Shown: positions 1 to 12,387 of the stretch, in pieces
Layout of the letters: each line of letters starts with the position of its first letter
Numbering within the stretch: position 1 is the first letter of the stretch
Source: Rhizodiscina lignyota
Lineage: Eukaryota
Length of the DNA stretch: 64,000 nucleotides
Direction of reading: 5' to 3'
Assembly: GCA_010015805.1 (NCBI GenBank)
Contig: ML978121.1
Span: 372,001-436,000 of the forward strand
Translations under genes and position numbers: made by a program
Notes under the pieces: generated by a model
Database searches by the model: none
Told to the model about the DNA's origin: nothing
Seen by the model: only the letters and a program-made list of their open reading frames with translations

Positions 1-3000
1 ACTTCTCGTTCTCGGGGTGCTGCATCGCGAGCTTGACCCTCCTCTTCGCACCACCCTCGCCCGTATTCGCGCCCCATGTGCCGCTTCCATTCAGCCCATC
101 ATCCAAGCACCGCACATCCCTACCGCTGATAACCTGTCTTAGGCGTCCATTCTGGGCGTTTCGGATCTCGACAAACTCGCTGTCGAACAACAGCACGTAT
201 GCGCCGTACAGCGCTGCCGTCCTCGCGCGGCCAACGAACTCCATGATGACAGAGCGTGAGATGTCGCCGTGCTTGTTGACGTACACGGCGCACTCCTCGT
301 ACACGCATAGGAATTCCTGCTCGCTGAGGCGGAACATGCCGAGAGGCATTTGGCCTTGCAGACGCGCTGCGATTGTCGCAACGTGGCTCTGCTTGAGGTC
401 GGGCACGCTCCATGGCTGCTTCTTGTCGAGGGTGAGAACCTCAAAGCCCTTGAGGGTCGAGACGGCGAGTGAAGAGTGGAACAGGTTGAGACCCATACAT
501 TCGGTTGGGATGTAGAATTCGTCGTACTCGCGGAAAAATTCGGTGCGGCCGGATCGCAAAGGCGGGAAGCGGGATTTCTTTTCTGTTGATTTCTGGAATA
601 CTGGTTCAAGGACCTGTACTGAGATTAGCATGCGCCGTTAGACCTTAGAGGTGTAGTTGTATGATTACGGACCTTGAAAGTTGAACTTAAGCTCTCCTTC
701 TTCTTGTAGAGCACGAGCATCCTGTCCTTCATTTTGCCCGTTGTGAAGAAGCCTACATCTTTGCTACCGCTCAGTTTCTGCGGTGCCCCTCTGGTCGAGC
801 TGCTATTTGGTGGTCCTCCTCCAGCCGGACACACAACATCGAGATGATATGCAATCAGACTCCTGTCCGCAATGAGCAAGAAGAGACCAAACTCTTCGAG
901 CACCGCAAGTTGGGTGACCTTCGAGGTCGGGATAACCCTGCTCCAGCTGCGCGGATCATCAACGCCAGAGACATAGACGCCAAAGTCAGTGCCGACAGCA
1001 CACATCTCCTTTCCGTCCGGCTGGCTGAAGTTGGTCGCGCAGTTTACTCTTGCTCTGCATACCGGTGTCGGGCGTCCGGCTGACCTGTAGCGCTCTTCAA
1101 CTTCTCTAACCGCACGATCCAGAGGCGTGCCCGTGATTACGATACTCTTACCGGCACTCTGCGCGCCGCTTTCATAGCCAAACGCGCAGTCTGCCAGGAC
1201 ACGTAGTCGGAATGGTTCGGCGTTCTGCCGGAAGAGTGACGCGGCATGTCGGGTCTTTGCCTCGACAATGCGGTCGCACCAATCTTCACGGTTCTGTGAA
1301 GATGGAGCGAACAGGGTGTAAACTTCCTTGCCAAGATGCTTGATGCGGAAGGGGTACATGATCTTGTCATCTTTTGAACTTTGATCGCTGAGGACAGTGG
1401 TGGTGACAGTAGTCTTGCTGGATCCATTGGTCGCGAGGGAAGCGAGAGAGGTGGAGGTATTGGTATGCTGCAGTTGACCTGGTACGGGAGATACACTCTG
1501 GTTGGATTGAGCGCGGCTGAGACGGGTGGCACTGGTATCTGGAGCGGCGGCTTTCTGCACAACGGTTACAGCGGCGATGCCTTTCATAGATTTAACCACA
1601 GCATCGTCATCCCGAGACTCAAGAACAAGAAGATCCATAGGTATCGGCTGCCCTGTAGGTTACTAAAACTGCGCTTCAAATGAGACTATGGAGTGGTAAC
1701 TCACCATCCTCGAGACATCATACATGTCCATGCGCATACCATCTTTGTCCCTCCCTTGCACCGTTTTGGCGAGAACAAGGAAGTGGTCGAACAACAGTGC
1801 ATGCGTCTCCAGCCATGTGAATCTGTTCGCACCAGTTCTCTGCAAGTCGCCCTTGAAAATGAGCTCACGTCCAAGGTGATCCAAATTCAACTCGACCCGC
1901 TCCATTCCAGGACGCAACTTCAGCTTGCTTTGGAGGTCTTTCAGATCCACCTTGCGGCTCATCTCAGCGACTCTAGAGTCACATTCGTGTGTTACAGCCT
2001 TGATCTCCTCAATTGCGATTGCAAGGTTGCGCCTCTCGTCATTGTCAACAGTGCTCTTCTTCAGCACACTCTCGAGCAAAAGACCATATTGCTGGAGCTT
2101 CGTGATTGGAACCTTTAAGTACGTGTCCCAACCGAGCTTGTTGCTGAGCGCGTTACTCCGGACCTTCTCAAGGAAGCCCTTGAAGAGCATGTTTTTCTCG
2201 GCCTCCTTTCTGATTCGGAAGTTTGCATTCGGGAATGCAGATGCATACGCAATGTATGCGGCCTTTGCCTTTCGAATCCATTCCCTGAAAATGTCGCTGA
2301 AGCCAATAACCCAAGGGCCCTGTTCGCGCTGGCGGTACTTCAACTGAGGAAGCAGATAGTCTTCATTGGCCTTCTTGACAGCATCAGCCTTGCCAAAGAC
2401 GTCTTTAAGGAAACCAGGCAGGCGGTTCGGTGTGATGAGGGGAGGATTGGCTGCAGCTAGGGCATCCCTGTAGAGAACTCGAAGGACGTCCAGGTCATCC
2501 AGAAACTTGTCTTCTTTCTGGACAATTTCGTGCAAGATGTTCTGTCGTTCCACTTCCTTGTTGCTAACACCCTCAACATCCTCTTTCTTCATGTTAAAGA
2601 ATGTCTGCCAATCATCAGACGGCTTAAGTGCAGGCTGGGAGTTAAGATCAAGCTTCTTTAGCGTGCGCTGGCAGTGGTGAGAGTAACAGCGACCAGGCAT
2701 GCTGTAATTATGCAGCTTGGGCGCGTAGCATCCCGCACCAGTGAGTTGATAGATCACACCTGTGATGGTCTCTGGTTTGAACTTGAGCCACTCCTCTTCT
2801 TGCACAAGCACGCCCTCATCGCGCATTTGAGTTACCAGCTTCGCAGCGAGTGTCTCCGCATCTGCAATATTCATTGTAGGGACCTTGTTTGTGAAGAGCG
2901 CGACTAGACCTTCCACAAGTCCATGCTCTTTCAAGTCTTGCTCCCCTTCTGTCATGGCCTTCAGCCACGAGACAATGCCACTGAAGGCCCATGGCTCCGT

Positions 3001-5256
3001 GCATTTCTTAAAGTCATTGGTTCCGAGTTTCGAAGGGTTATATCTCTTCGCGGTAGGAAGTGTTGGGAGGTCGAGCGCCACAGCACTGGCACTGGCAGGT
3101 GTGGCTGAGTCCGAATCATTGAGATATACAGATCTGCGCGCTTGCTGCTGCTTCCATCTCCGCTCCCGTTCCTCGGCATCTGTGCGAGATCGAGGAAGGG
3201 GAATTGCCTGCTGGGTCGTACTGTGGCTAAGAAGAGATGTCGAACGAGGCACATTGGGACTCGCTGCGCTTGCCGGAATGTAGTGCTCGGGCGCCTGTGG
3301 ATAGCGAGGGAATGGTATTTGCGAGCCATTCTGGAACTCTGTGGGATACGGAGCCAAGCCTCCTGAAAAGTCTGCTTGCTCGCCGGCCGGTGGTGGAGGC
3401 AGGGGACGCTGATTAGACATCCCGGGATGGAAAAACATGTCCGGGACACCGCCTTCATCATAGAAACCCGACTCATCTCCCTCATCGTAGCTCAGTCTTC
3501 GATCGCGTTCTCCTGGCTCTTCTAACCCACCAGTGCCATACGCATCAACACGAGCAGCTGATGCGAATGGCGGGAAAGGATGGATGTTATCATCGTACTC
3601 ATAGGGTTCCATGTCACTCGCATGCGAACGGCGCATTGATCCTTGTGAGGAAGCCACGTGGCTTCGACTTTCCATGCCACTGCCCGAAGAAGGGTGTCTT
3701 TCGACAGTTAGCTGTTCCGGGGCGCCGCCATACGACATATGGGCATCAAAACCACCGCCGAAAAGACCAAGATCAACAGGCGGTCCATCACTTTCACCCG
3801 AGTCATTATACGCCGCATGCTGGACATGCTGCTGCGAACTATAGCTGTTGTATCGAGTATGAAGGCCAGCACTCCCACTTCGTCTCCGTGCTTCATCAGC
3901 AGCTTCCTCCTCTTCCGCCATCCGCAAAGCTGCCAGTCCAGCATCAGCTTCGAGGTCGCTCGAGTTGACCGCATCATATGCAGCATCCGGGGTAAGATGG
4001 CCATTCGTAAGGTTACCGTTGCGACCTTCTCCACCGCTATTGCTTTCATACGGCCATCGCTCATCGTCAGATGGCTCCAAGTGTATTCTTGGACTAGCCC
4101 CAGTTCCTGCGGCAAGGTTCATGATATCGTTCTCAACTTGATCCATAAGGGCTTGACTGCTCAGTGGCACCTCAGCCCCCGAAGTTGTGTATCTGTCATT
4201 CTGGGCAAAGTAGTCTCCTTGTGGCTGGGCGCGTTGCGATTGAAGCCGTCGGGGAGAATGAGGGGGTGGAGCAGGAGGGGTCGGGGTTGGTGGGAGAGGA
4301 TGAGCGGATGAGTACGGTGGCACAGGTGGCTCAATGTTGCTCTGCGAGCTGTGGCGTGAGCCATGCGATACGCTACTCTGGCGTTGGTGTCCCTGCTGAA
4401 GACCTGGAGAAGAAGAGTAGCCGTGAGTCATGTATGGATCTGAAGCAGTGCGGTTGTAGTTTTGTTGTGGATGGTGTGACAGTGGTGCTGGTCGAGTCGG
4501 AATATGGTTCCAACCCTCCTCCTGCTCTGTCGCGCTTTGAGGTATCGTAGACAATGGTGGTACAGAGGAGCTATATTGAGCAAGTCTGGTCGGAGGTGGA
4601 GGAGCTCCGTGGTCGGATGTGAAGGAATTGGTTTGCACAGTGGGTCGCGGGGGGCCGTAGAGAGAAGATCTCGAGGAAGAGTAGGGTTGCTGTGGTATTT
4701 GAGGTGAGGGAAAAGTTGGTGCATATTGCGAGCCAGGCGAGTAGACGGGTGAAGTCATGTTGTAGTTATTTGGCGAATAACCGGCAGAATGGCGCACGCT
4801 TCCCAATCTCTGGAGATTGTCCTCTCGGTAGTCTGCGGGGTTATATGGAGCGTGCGGTGAGGACGCAGACGGCGACTGAAGGCTTTGGAAGCCTTGGCCA
4901 GCCATAGTCGACATGGGCCGTGCAAAGGCTTGGGGATTGTACCCAGTCTGTGGGGTAGGCGGATTGTACGGCTGATAGTGAGGGACCGAGGCCGCCTGGT
5001 GGCCCATAGTGGAGCTTCGTGGTGGAGGAGCTGGAGGGGCTCCCATGAACAGCTCGCTCTCTTGCCGAGCAGCGACGCTGCTGCTGTGCCTGAGCGGCAT
5101 TGGATTCGAGCCAGAGTATGCACCAGCTGCTGCCGGGGCAATCTCATTCCCATATTCATCAAATTGCGGATACTGGCCGGGGTGTGTCGGGGGTGCGGGC
5201 TGCTGCTGCTGGTCCGCAGAGTTGTAGTAGTAACGTCCACCTTGATATTGCGCCAT
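1..5256 (-). CDS. Rho1 guanine nucleotide exchange factor (Rom2/Tus1/Rgf family; DEP-like, DH, PH and CNH domains); 3' end lies beyond the window
   Basis: ATG at 5256 (MAQYQGG) precedes a long P/S/Q-rich N-terminus. DH domain: ERQNILHEIVQKEDKFLDDL...YLKVPITKLQQYGLLL. PH domain: RELIFKGDL...LLFDHFLVL. Intron 1704-1648 restores PIPMDLLVLES, and intron 672-614 restores KVLEPVFQK into a CNH domain (EFLCVYEECAVYVNKHG, FVEIRNAQNGRLRQVI). Confidence 0.93.
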
Positions 5257-6553
5257 GGTGTCCAACACAGTTCTTTTCGTGAGGTGAGGGTCGGGGTGAG
5301 CGTGGCGACAATTTAGACGCGGGCTGGGAGCGATGACGGTGGTCGCGCGGTGTGCGCAAGTCGTTCACGAGGCTGAGTAGTCGTCCACATCTGCCTCGCA
5401 GGTGTGGGTTATGCCTCGCGCGTTGCCTTCATCTATCGCTCCAGGCTGAGCCCATGGCTTGGTGGAGGGACAGGACGGGGATAGGGTGGATATAGGGATG
5501 AGGTGTCGAGGCGTGAGGTGATAGATGCGACTGGGGGTGCTGTAGTTGGAGGGACGTCGGTCTCGTCAGCGAACGCGGTTGGGGCCGAGACGTCTGGCGG
5601 GTAGTTGCGCCGTGTATCGCGCACAAGTTGTGGGTAAACAAGGCAGAGGGCGTCGCACACGCCGCTCGATGGACGGCTGTGGCTCTCGAGATGATGAAAC
5701 AGCAGACAGTGTCGCGCAAGCTCGTCGCTCGCAAGCCTCAGCGTCCGACTAAGGTGACCAGCTTTGGCCTGTGGATGCGGCTAAACCCCGGACGCTGCAT
5801 TTGCCTCTTTGACGGAATACGGGCTACGGGGGGAGGTTGAAGGCAGGGCACCTTTCAGCTGCGCGAACTTCGTTCCTTGTCGTCTCGCCACGTTCTGCCT
5901 CGCACTTTGTAAGATGTCCCACGCTAGCTTACGCCCGCGTGTTTCCCACCCCTTCTCCACGCTCTATTTACAGTCGAGAGGGCCAGGGGGCTCTTACACG
6001 ACGCTCTCCGTGCATCTCTGACTTCACTCCAGAAGTGTCTCAGCCCTACCGTAGTGCATCATGTACGATGTACAGACGATTGCCCGCTCCGCGACCGTGG
6101 CGCGTTGGAGCAGACGGAAATAGAATCCATCGGGCTGGCTACTTAAAGAGCCGCGTCCAGCTTCATGTACGGGACGGCGTGGCCTGCTATGGCTCGAACA
6201 TCGGTGTGTGTAATTGGATTTCCGATGCCAATCCTGGCCTTGTGCCGGTTAGCCATGGTATCTGTGGTTCGGTCCGTCTCTCACTTTTGCGAGGCAGATA
6301 CCCCGCAATGTACAACCGACGGCCAATGGTGCCCTTTCGGCAACCTACGGTAATAGCTACTATCTTGGTGGATGGTGCCATGGTGGTGCGTATGCGGAGA
6401 TGATCAATCGAACCGTGGAAAGAGATTAACGGTCCTTATACCCGAGGTCGCGTAGGGAACTTTTATATATCTTCTCTGGCCCCTTCAATCTCAGTTTCCT
6501 GGTCAAGACTCTTGTTCCACTATTTCCTGTCATAATACCCCGTTGCAGTCAAG

Positions 6554-8641
6554 ATGCCGGAGTCTACGAATCTTTATGTAAATGGTGGCACTGCTGCCGA
6601 TGCCAATGAGGACATCTGTGACTATGACGGACCGCCAGCACCAGAGACAGATGAGTATGGCTACAGAATATCAGAGCACCCGATGGGGCAAAAACGAAGG
6701 CTCAGGGTCGTTTTCATGGGTGCTGGTGCCTCTGCTCTCCACTTCCTGAAGAAGGCAGAGGAGAAGATGGAAAACCTGGACATTGTGGTATACGAGAAGA
6801 ACCACGATATTGGCGGGACCTGGCTCGAGAACAGGCAAGAGCTTCGTGAACTCCGGAAACTTCTCGGTAACTGACATAGCACAGGTACCCTGGGTGTGCT
6901 TGCGATATCCCTTCAGTAAATTACCAGTTCACATGGAAGGTCAAGCTCTGGTCACATTACTGGTCCTACTCCCCCGAGATCTGGCGGTACCTGAAGGACA
7001 TCGAGCGCGAGAACAAGTTCATCGACAAATACATTAAGCTCAAGCACAAAGTCGAGCGGGCGGAATGGGACAACGAGGCCGGCCTTTGGAGATTCAAAAT
7101 CCACAACCTGGAGACCGATGAAGTCACTGACGACTCGGCTGATATCTTCATTAATGGCGGCGGCGTTCTCAACAAGTGGAAATGGCCGAATATTCCAGGC
7201 CTGCACGATTTCAAGGGCAAGCTGATGCACTCGGCGCGCTATGAAGAGGGCTACGACTTGAAGGGCAAGAAGGTTGCGGTCATCGGAGCAGGAAGCAGCG
7301 GCGTCCAAATTGTTGCCGCTATACAAAAGCAGGTCGACCATCTGTATCACTGGGTCCGCAGCCCCATTTGGATCACAGCTTCATTTGGTCATACTTGGGC
7401 AGGTAGAGACGGTGCCAATTTTGCCTGTAAGTCTCATTGAAGTTCCCCGCTACGAATGATGCTGATCCACATAAATCAGATACGCCAGAACAACTCGACT
7501 TCCTTGCAAAGAATCCCCAAAAGTACCTGAAGTACCGCAAACAGATCGAAAACGAACTCAATCAGCGCTTCAGATTCATTCTCAAGGGCTCTCAGGAAGC
7601 GAAAGAGGGCCGTGATTTCGCCATGGACCAGATGAAGCGCAAGCTCAAGAACGATCCCCGGCTATGCGAAAAGATCATCCCTAAAAATTTCAACCCAGGC
7701 TGCCGTCGCCCTACGCCCGCGCCCGGATACCTTGAAGCATTGGTTGAGGAGAACTCGACGATCTTTACCGACCAGATTGGCGGCATCGATGAGAAGGGCT
7801 TCACCGACAGCGAAGGCAAGCACTACGACGTCGACGTCATCATCTGCGCCACCGGATTTGACACGACTTGGAAACCGCAATTCCCATTGATCAACGGTAA
7901 AGGCGTTGACCTAAGGGACATGTGGGATTCGGATCAAGGCAACGAGGTTACAGCATACCTGTCCGTTGGCGTACCCACGTTCCCCAACTTCTACAGCTAC
8001 TGCGGGCCGTACGGTCCACTAGGACATGGAAGCTTCATGCCACTCATCGAGGCATGGACGGATTATTTCTTCCAGGTGATGACCAAGATGCAGACCGAGA
8101 ACATCAAGAGTGTCACGCCGAAGATGGACGCGTGCAAGCAGTTCCAGCAACATGCAGACTTGTTCTTGAAGAGGACAGCGTGGTCATCGGTAAGGTTGAA
8201 TTCGCGATTGCTTGTACGACGCGAAGGCTGACAATGCAATAGCCGTGCCGTTCATGGTTCAAGCAGGGCAAAATCGACGGCCAAGTCGTCATTTACCCAG
8301 GCTCCAGGATTCACCATCTCGAGCTCATTAAATCTCCGCGCTACGAAGACTATGACATTGATTACAGGGAAGAGAACCGCTTCGCATTCCTGGGCAACGG
8401 CTGGCACGTAAGGGAAGAGGACGGCCGTGATATCACCTGGTACTTGGGCAATCTGGATGAAGAGGGAAGGGATATCCAGCCCGAATATGGAGATGAACTG
8501 CTCAAGGTTCTGGCTGGCACGGTGCTAGCTGATGACCAGTATGTTAGCGCACAGAAGGGTAATCTGCATCTTGACGAGAGTGATGCGGACTCTGGAGTCG
8601 GCCTTGATGCTGGCAATGAGGCGGAGGCTGTGTCGGCTTAA
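6554..8641 (+). CDS. Baeyer-Villiger/flavin-containing monooxygenase (StcW/MoxY-like)
   Basis: Motifs GAGASA, GGTWLENRYPGCACD (across GC-AG intron 6835-6884), FxGxxxHSARY, VAVIGAGSSG, PGCRRPTP and DVIICATGFD. Further introns at about 7427-7479 and 8190-8241; stop at 8639-8641. Confidence 0.92.
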
Positions 8642-10228
8642 GAGTGGATGGTGATAATCAGATAGTGTGGGTGAGACAGATGGAGATGTGGGCGACCCAT
8701 GGTGTGGCGTTTTATGCAAAGATCGGATCATATACACTGCTTTCAGCGCCTCATACATGTAACTGTTCTCTACCAAGGTTCTTCCTTGCAAGTGAATCTT
8801 TTTATAGTTCACGTGACTAGGCCAACGCTGTGGTTTCTAGCAGAGCCGCATCCGCACCGTTTGCAATCCAACCTCACCTCCTCATGCTCCCAACCGATAC
8901 CAGACACGAAGCGTCCACTGGGCTTCACAAACGTGTCATTATGGGCAATCCATGCTTTACTGCCCGGAATAAATCATCTAAAACGCACAGTCTCATTATA
9001 AGCGTCGATGACTCCCGACAGGCGAAGTAAGGCAAGTGGAATGGTGCGCGCCTCATATTCACGGCCACGGGCCACCGAACGGAGGTTTGGGCCCTACGGT
9101 GAGATCTGTACCCTCTCGCCATGCGAAATGGCATGCTGACCCCGATCTTAGGCACGCCCACCCCATCTCTGGAGAACCCGGTCCGATTTGCAAGGAAGTC
9201 CATTGCCCGACGCGCGCGTCACAAGGTCACAACTCTCCGATAGAGACGCCTTTATCGCCGTTTTAACACCAATGCCAAAGACGCTGCCAGACCCGAGAGG
9301 AGAGCGCTTTGATCACCAGATACCGCTCTTGTGGAATCCACGGTTACCCAAGGTTTTGCCTGGCGCCGTCCCGCCATAACCGTTACCGGGCGCTTCTTGA
9401 ATAGCTCCGACGCATGCAAATACCGTTCGCAGCCTCGTCCAACAACAACTGCACGATGCTGCATACACGCTACCGTCTGCATCAAGGCTCTTCCGCGTGA
9501 TGTCCCTCTTGAATCGCAGCTATTTCTCACTTCCCGTTTCACTTCCTGCTTGTCTTCGTGCATCGTGGCGCAGCTGTCAAATCAAACGATATGCGCTTTC
9601 CTTGCGGTGAACGCCTGCCATGGGCTACCATTCCGACTCATCCCTTTCCTTCTTCATTATGTGTCGTACTATGTTCCTCACGATGTACCTCTACGCCCAA
9701 CGATCGGCTGGCGGTGAGAAGGTGAGTTTTCACTATCTCCATCACCTGGACCCCGGCCAAGCAACTGAGGCGAGTATCGTGCTACTCCTGCCACGCGTGC
9801 TCCGTGTACAAGGGTACGTCTGTGGATTGCTTAGACCGGGCACAGTGATGATCTCTTGCGGCCATTTTGCGAGAGGGTATGAGGTGGCAGCAAATGGGCG
9901 TTTAAACTTTGGTGATGATGAAATGGGGCTATCTTGAACCCGCAAGAGGAGCATCATTTTATGTACCAGAGTATAAAGGCTTCCAACTCCGTCACGATGG
10001 AATTGAACAGTACCGACAAGAGTTTCAGTCCTTACTTCATCTCTTCTCGCTTTCATTCGACCCATTTGGCTCGCTATTACATCTCCAATCTCGCAAAGTT
10101 GCATACAGTCCTCCAACTGTCTTGTAATTACCTCTCTCAAGTCCGTCACTTACCAGTTTCGGTTCGACACGCTGTTCTGCTACAAGCAAAAGCTCTGCTT
10201 CCGCCCACCTGAAGGATTCTCAAGCGCC

Positions 10229-10422
10229 ATGGCTACAGGCTCAGCTTCGGAACCTATTGTCTCCTTCTCAGACCTTTGGCTCTGCTGCCAGTGTGGTACT
10301 GGGAGCGTGACCAGCATTGACACGCATTGTCCCGTATGCGGACACGAGAAGTAAGGTCCACATACTTCAGTGTTCTCCAGCTAGACTAACCTTGGCGCAA
10401 CAGGTGTGGTTCCTGCACTTGA
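10229..10422 (+). CDS. 46-aa Cys-rich zinc-ribbon-like microprotein, copy A (MATGSASEPIVSFSDLWLCCQCGTGSVTSIDTHCPVCGHEKCGSCT)
   Basis: GCCATGG start context. Exon 10229-10350, then a 53-nt intron 10351-10403 (GTAAGG...GACTAAC...CAG), then exon 10404-10422. Its paralog has the same exon length, intron phase and intron length. Missing from the ORF track. Confidence 0.85.
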
Positions 10423-12187
10423 TCTCCTCCTCAATGTCTTCTAGAAAAGATGTTCAAGGTTAGCTAAAGAGGTGTTATGGTCGGCTCGAGGGCGAGGTGA
10501 TACTCAATATGAGTTTCTGGGATCAGCTTTCTCTTCTTTCTTGTTTTATTATCAAGTTGCCAGGAGTGGCATCCATTCTTTACACTGAGATGCCGAAAGA
10601 TAGAAGGGTGCTGATGTTACTTCCCCTTCTGTGGCTTAGAGGGGCTGTTAGAACGATCTGCTATGTCTGATTTCCTCGCGTATGCTGTTCTGACGCTCAT
10701 TTGCTTTGCTTGGGGCCCCACTTGGTAGCCATAGATAGCGGACTCACGCCCTAATGGGATCACGAAATATAAACTTGTATGGGGAAATTAGTGCCAATTC
10801 ATTAACTTCGGTCTATTCTCGTGAAAGTTGCTGGGCAATCGTCAGTGGAACAGAAATTTACAAATAATTTCCTTATGAGAGAGAACTTGAAATAAAAATA
10901 CGAAGTTCGACAACCCAGCCTTCAAGGCAGAGAGAAATAGAGAAGGTTCCTCAACTGAATAATTATGTGGACTCCGAATGAACGAGGTCAATTGAATCAG
11001 CCCTACGACAGCCAATGACGTGAGACGCCCCACTTGGGCTGGAAAGGGGCTTTCAAATAATTGATTTTTCCAAGCGCTCGAAACTCACCACGACGCGGCC
11101 ATAACTCAACTCTTGGACTTACTTAATTCACGCCTCGTTTAACCTGTAATTGGCGTCTAATCGTTCTTCCCTTTCTACGGAGCTATCCACCTCCGAGAGC
11201 TTGGTTGTAAGGCAGGCGACAAGAGTCGTACCACATGGCTAATATATGACCAGGTGCGCGGCCTCTATAAACTGCGAATGAAATTCGATCACCAGGCCTA
11301 TTCTCGATGAATTACGAATGCGGTTAAGGTTTCCCTGCCGCAGTACCGCTCTTAACGCCCGACTACGACTCTGTTAGCGCGCGGAGTCGCATCGTAGCCT
11401 TACCATACGCCGCACTTTTGCGGATTATTCTGCATCAAAACTTATCCACATGACTCCCTTTCTCGAATAGTGCGGCCTTATCTTTCCCGTGTCACCTTTC
11501 GCCTGTTACGCTTCGTGGCTAAGCTCTCACTTCACACTGTTTCCCAACTTTCCTTACGGTCAAGCCTGTCATACATTAACGAACCAACACGATCTCTACA
11601 TGTCTACCTTTCTCCATTATGGTCAACCAACTAAACTTACTGTAAAATACCTTACGCCCAATGTCCCTTTGGCGGTCAGAGTCAAACCGGCCTGCCGGTT
11701 CTCACCTGGCCAGCGGCCAAACAACATGGGCGCTATCGTCATTCGTGCCCTCGTTCAACGCGAGATTTGTGCGTACATTCATCGTCAACAGCATCACCGG
11801 GCGCTGCAATGGCATCCTCAGCCATGCTTCGCGGTGCAACATGAGGCGTGAGTAGTAACACAGGCGCTTAAGCTTTCGGCGGTGATGGATTGAGGCAGTC
11901 GTGAAATCTTGCGCTTCACTTTCAACTATCTACTATATGGACCTTCAGGAGGTCCATCATGGAGCTCGACAAGAGCAAGAACATCATCAGTCCTTACTTA
12001 CTTCACTTCTCTCTGTCGCTCCACCTCCTCTGTTGGCATTACTATCAGCCTCAACTCTTTTTCACACATTATTTCGGCTGTCTTGCGCTCACGCATTCAA
12101 AAACCTCAACCAACATCGCATCGACTGTCACATTGAGTGTCTGCCAAATCGTTCATTTCGGTCGCAGCACAACTATTAACGGGCACC

Positions 12188-12387
12188 ATGGCTACAAGCA
12201 CGATTCAGGAACCTGTTCCAGCCTTCAATGACATGTGGGTGTGTTGCCATTGCGGCGCTGGAAACTTGGACGCTCTCTACTCAGCATGTCCTCAGTGCGG
12301 ACACTCACTGTATGTATCTCGTACTTCTGTCTTGCTAGCTGCGCTAACTCTTTATGAACTAGATGTGGAAATTGCGGCCACACTTAA
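12188..12387 (+). CDS. 48-aa Cys-rich zinc-ribbon-like microprotein, copy B (MATSTIQEPVPAFNDMWVCCHCGAGNLDALYSACPQCGHSLCGNCGHT)
   Basis: ACCATGG start context. Exon 12188-12309, then a 53-nt intron 12310-12362 (GTATGT...GCTAAC...TAG), then exon 12363-12387. All 7 Cys, the His and the Trp are shared with copy A. Confidence 0.85.

Noticed and set aside
33..5316. Numerous antisense and alternative-frame ORFs over long genes (here and throughout the window)
   Set aside because: They are shadows of GC-rich coding sequence with no independent protein features.
9934..10212. Similar short ORFs (MELNSTDKSFSPY / MELDKSKNIISPY at 11959) upstream of the microproteins
   Set aside because: Similarity is limited to ~13 codons lying between the TATA-like box and the probable initiator. 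It is better explained as conserved promoter DNA, and the rest of the ORFs do not align.
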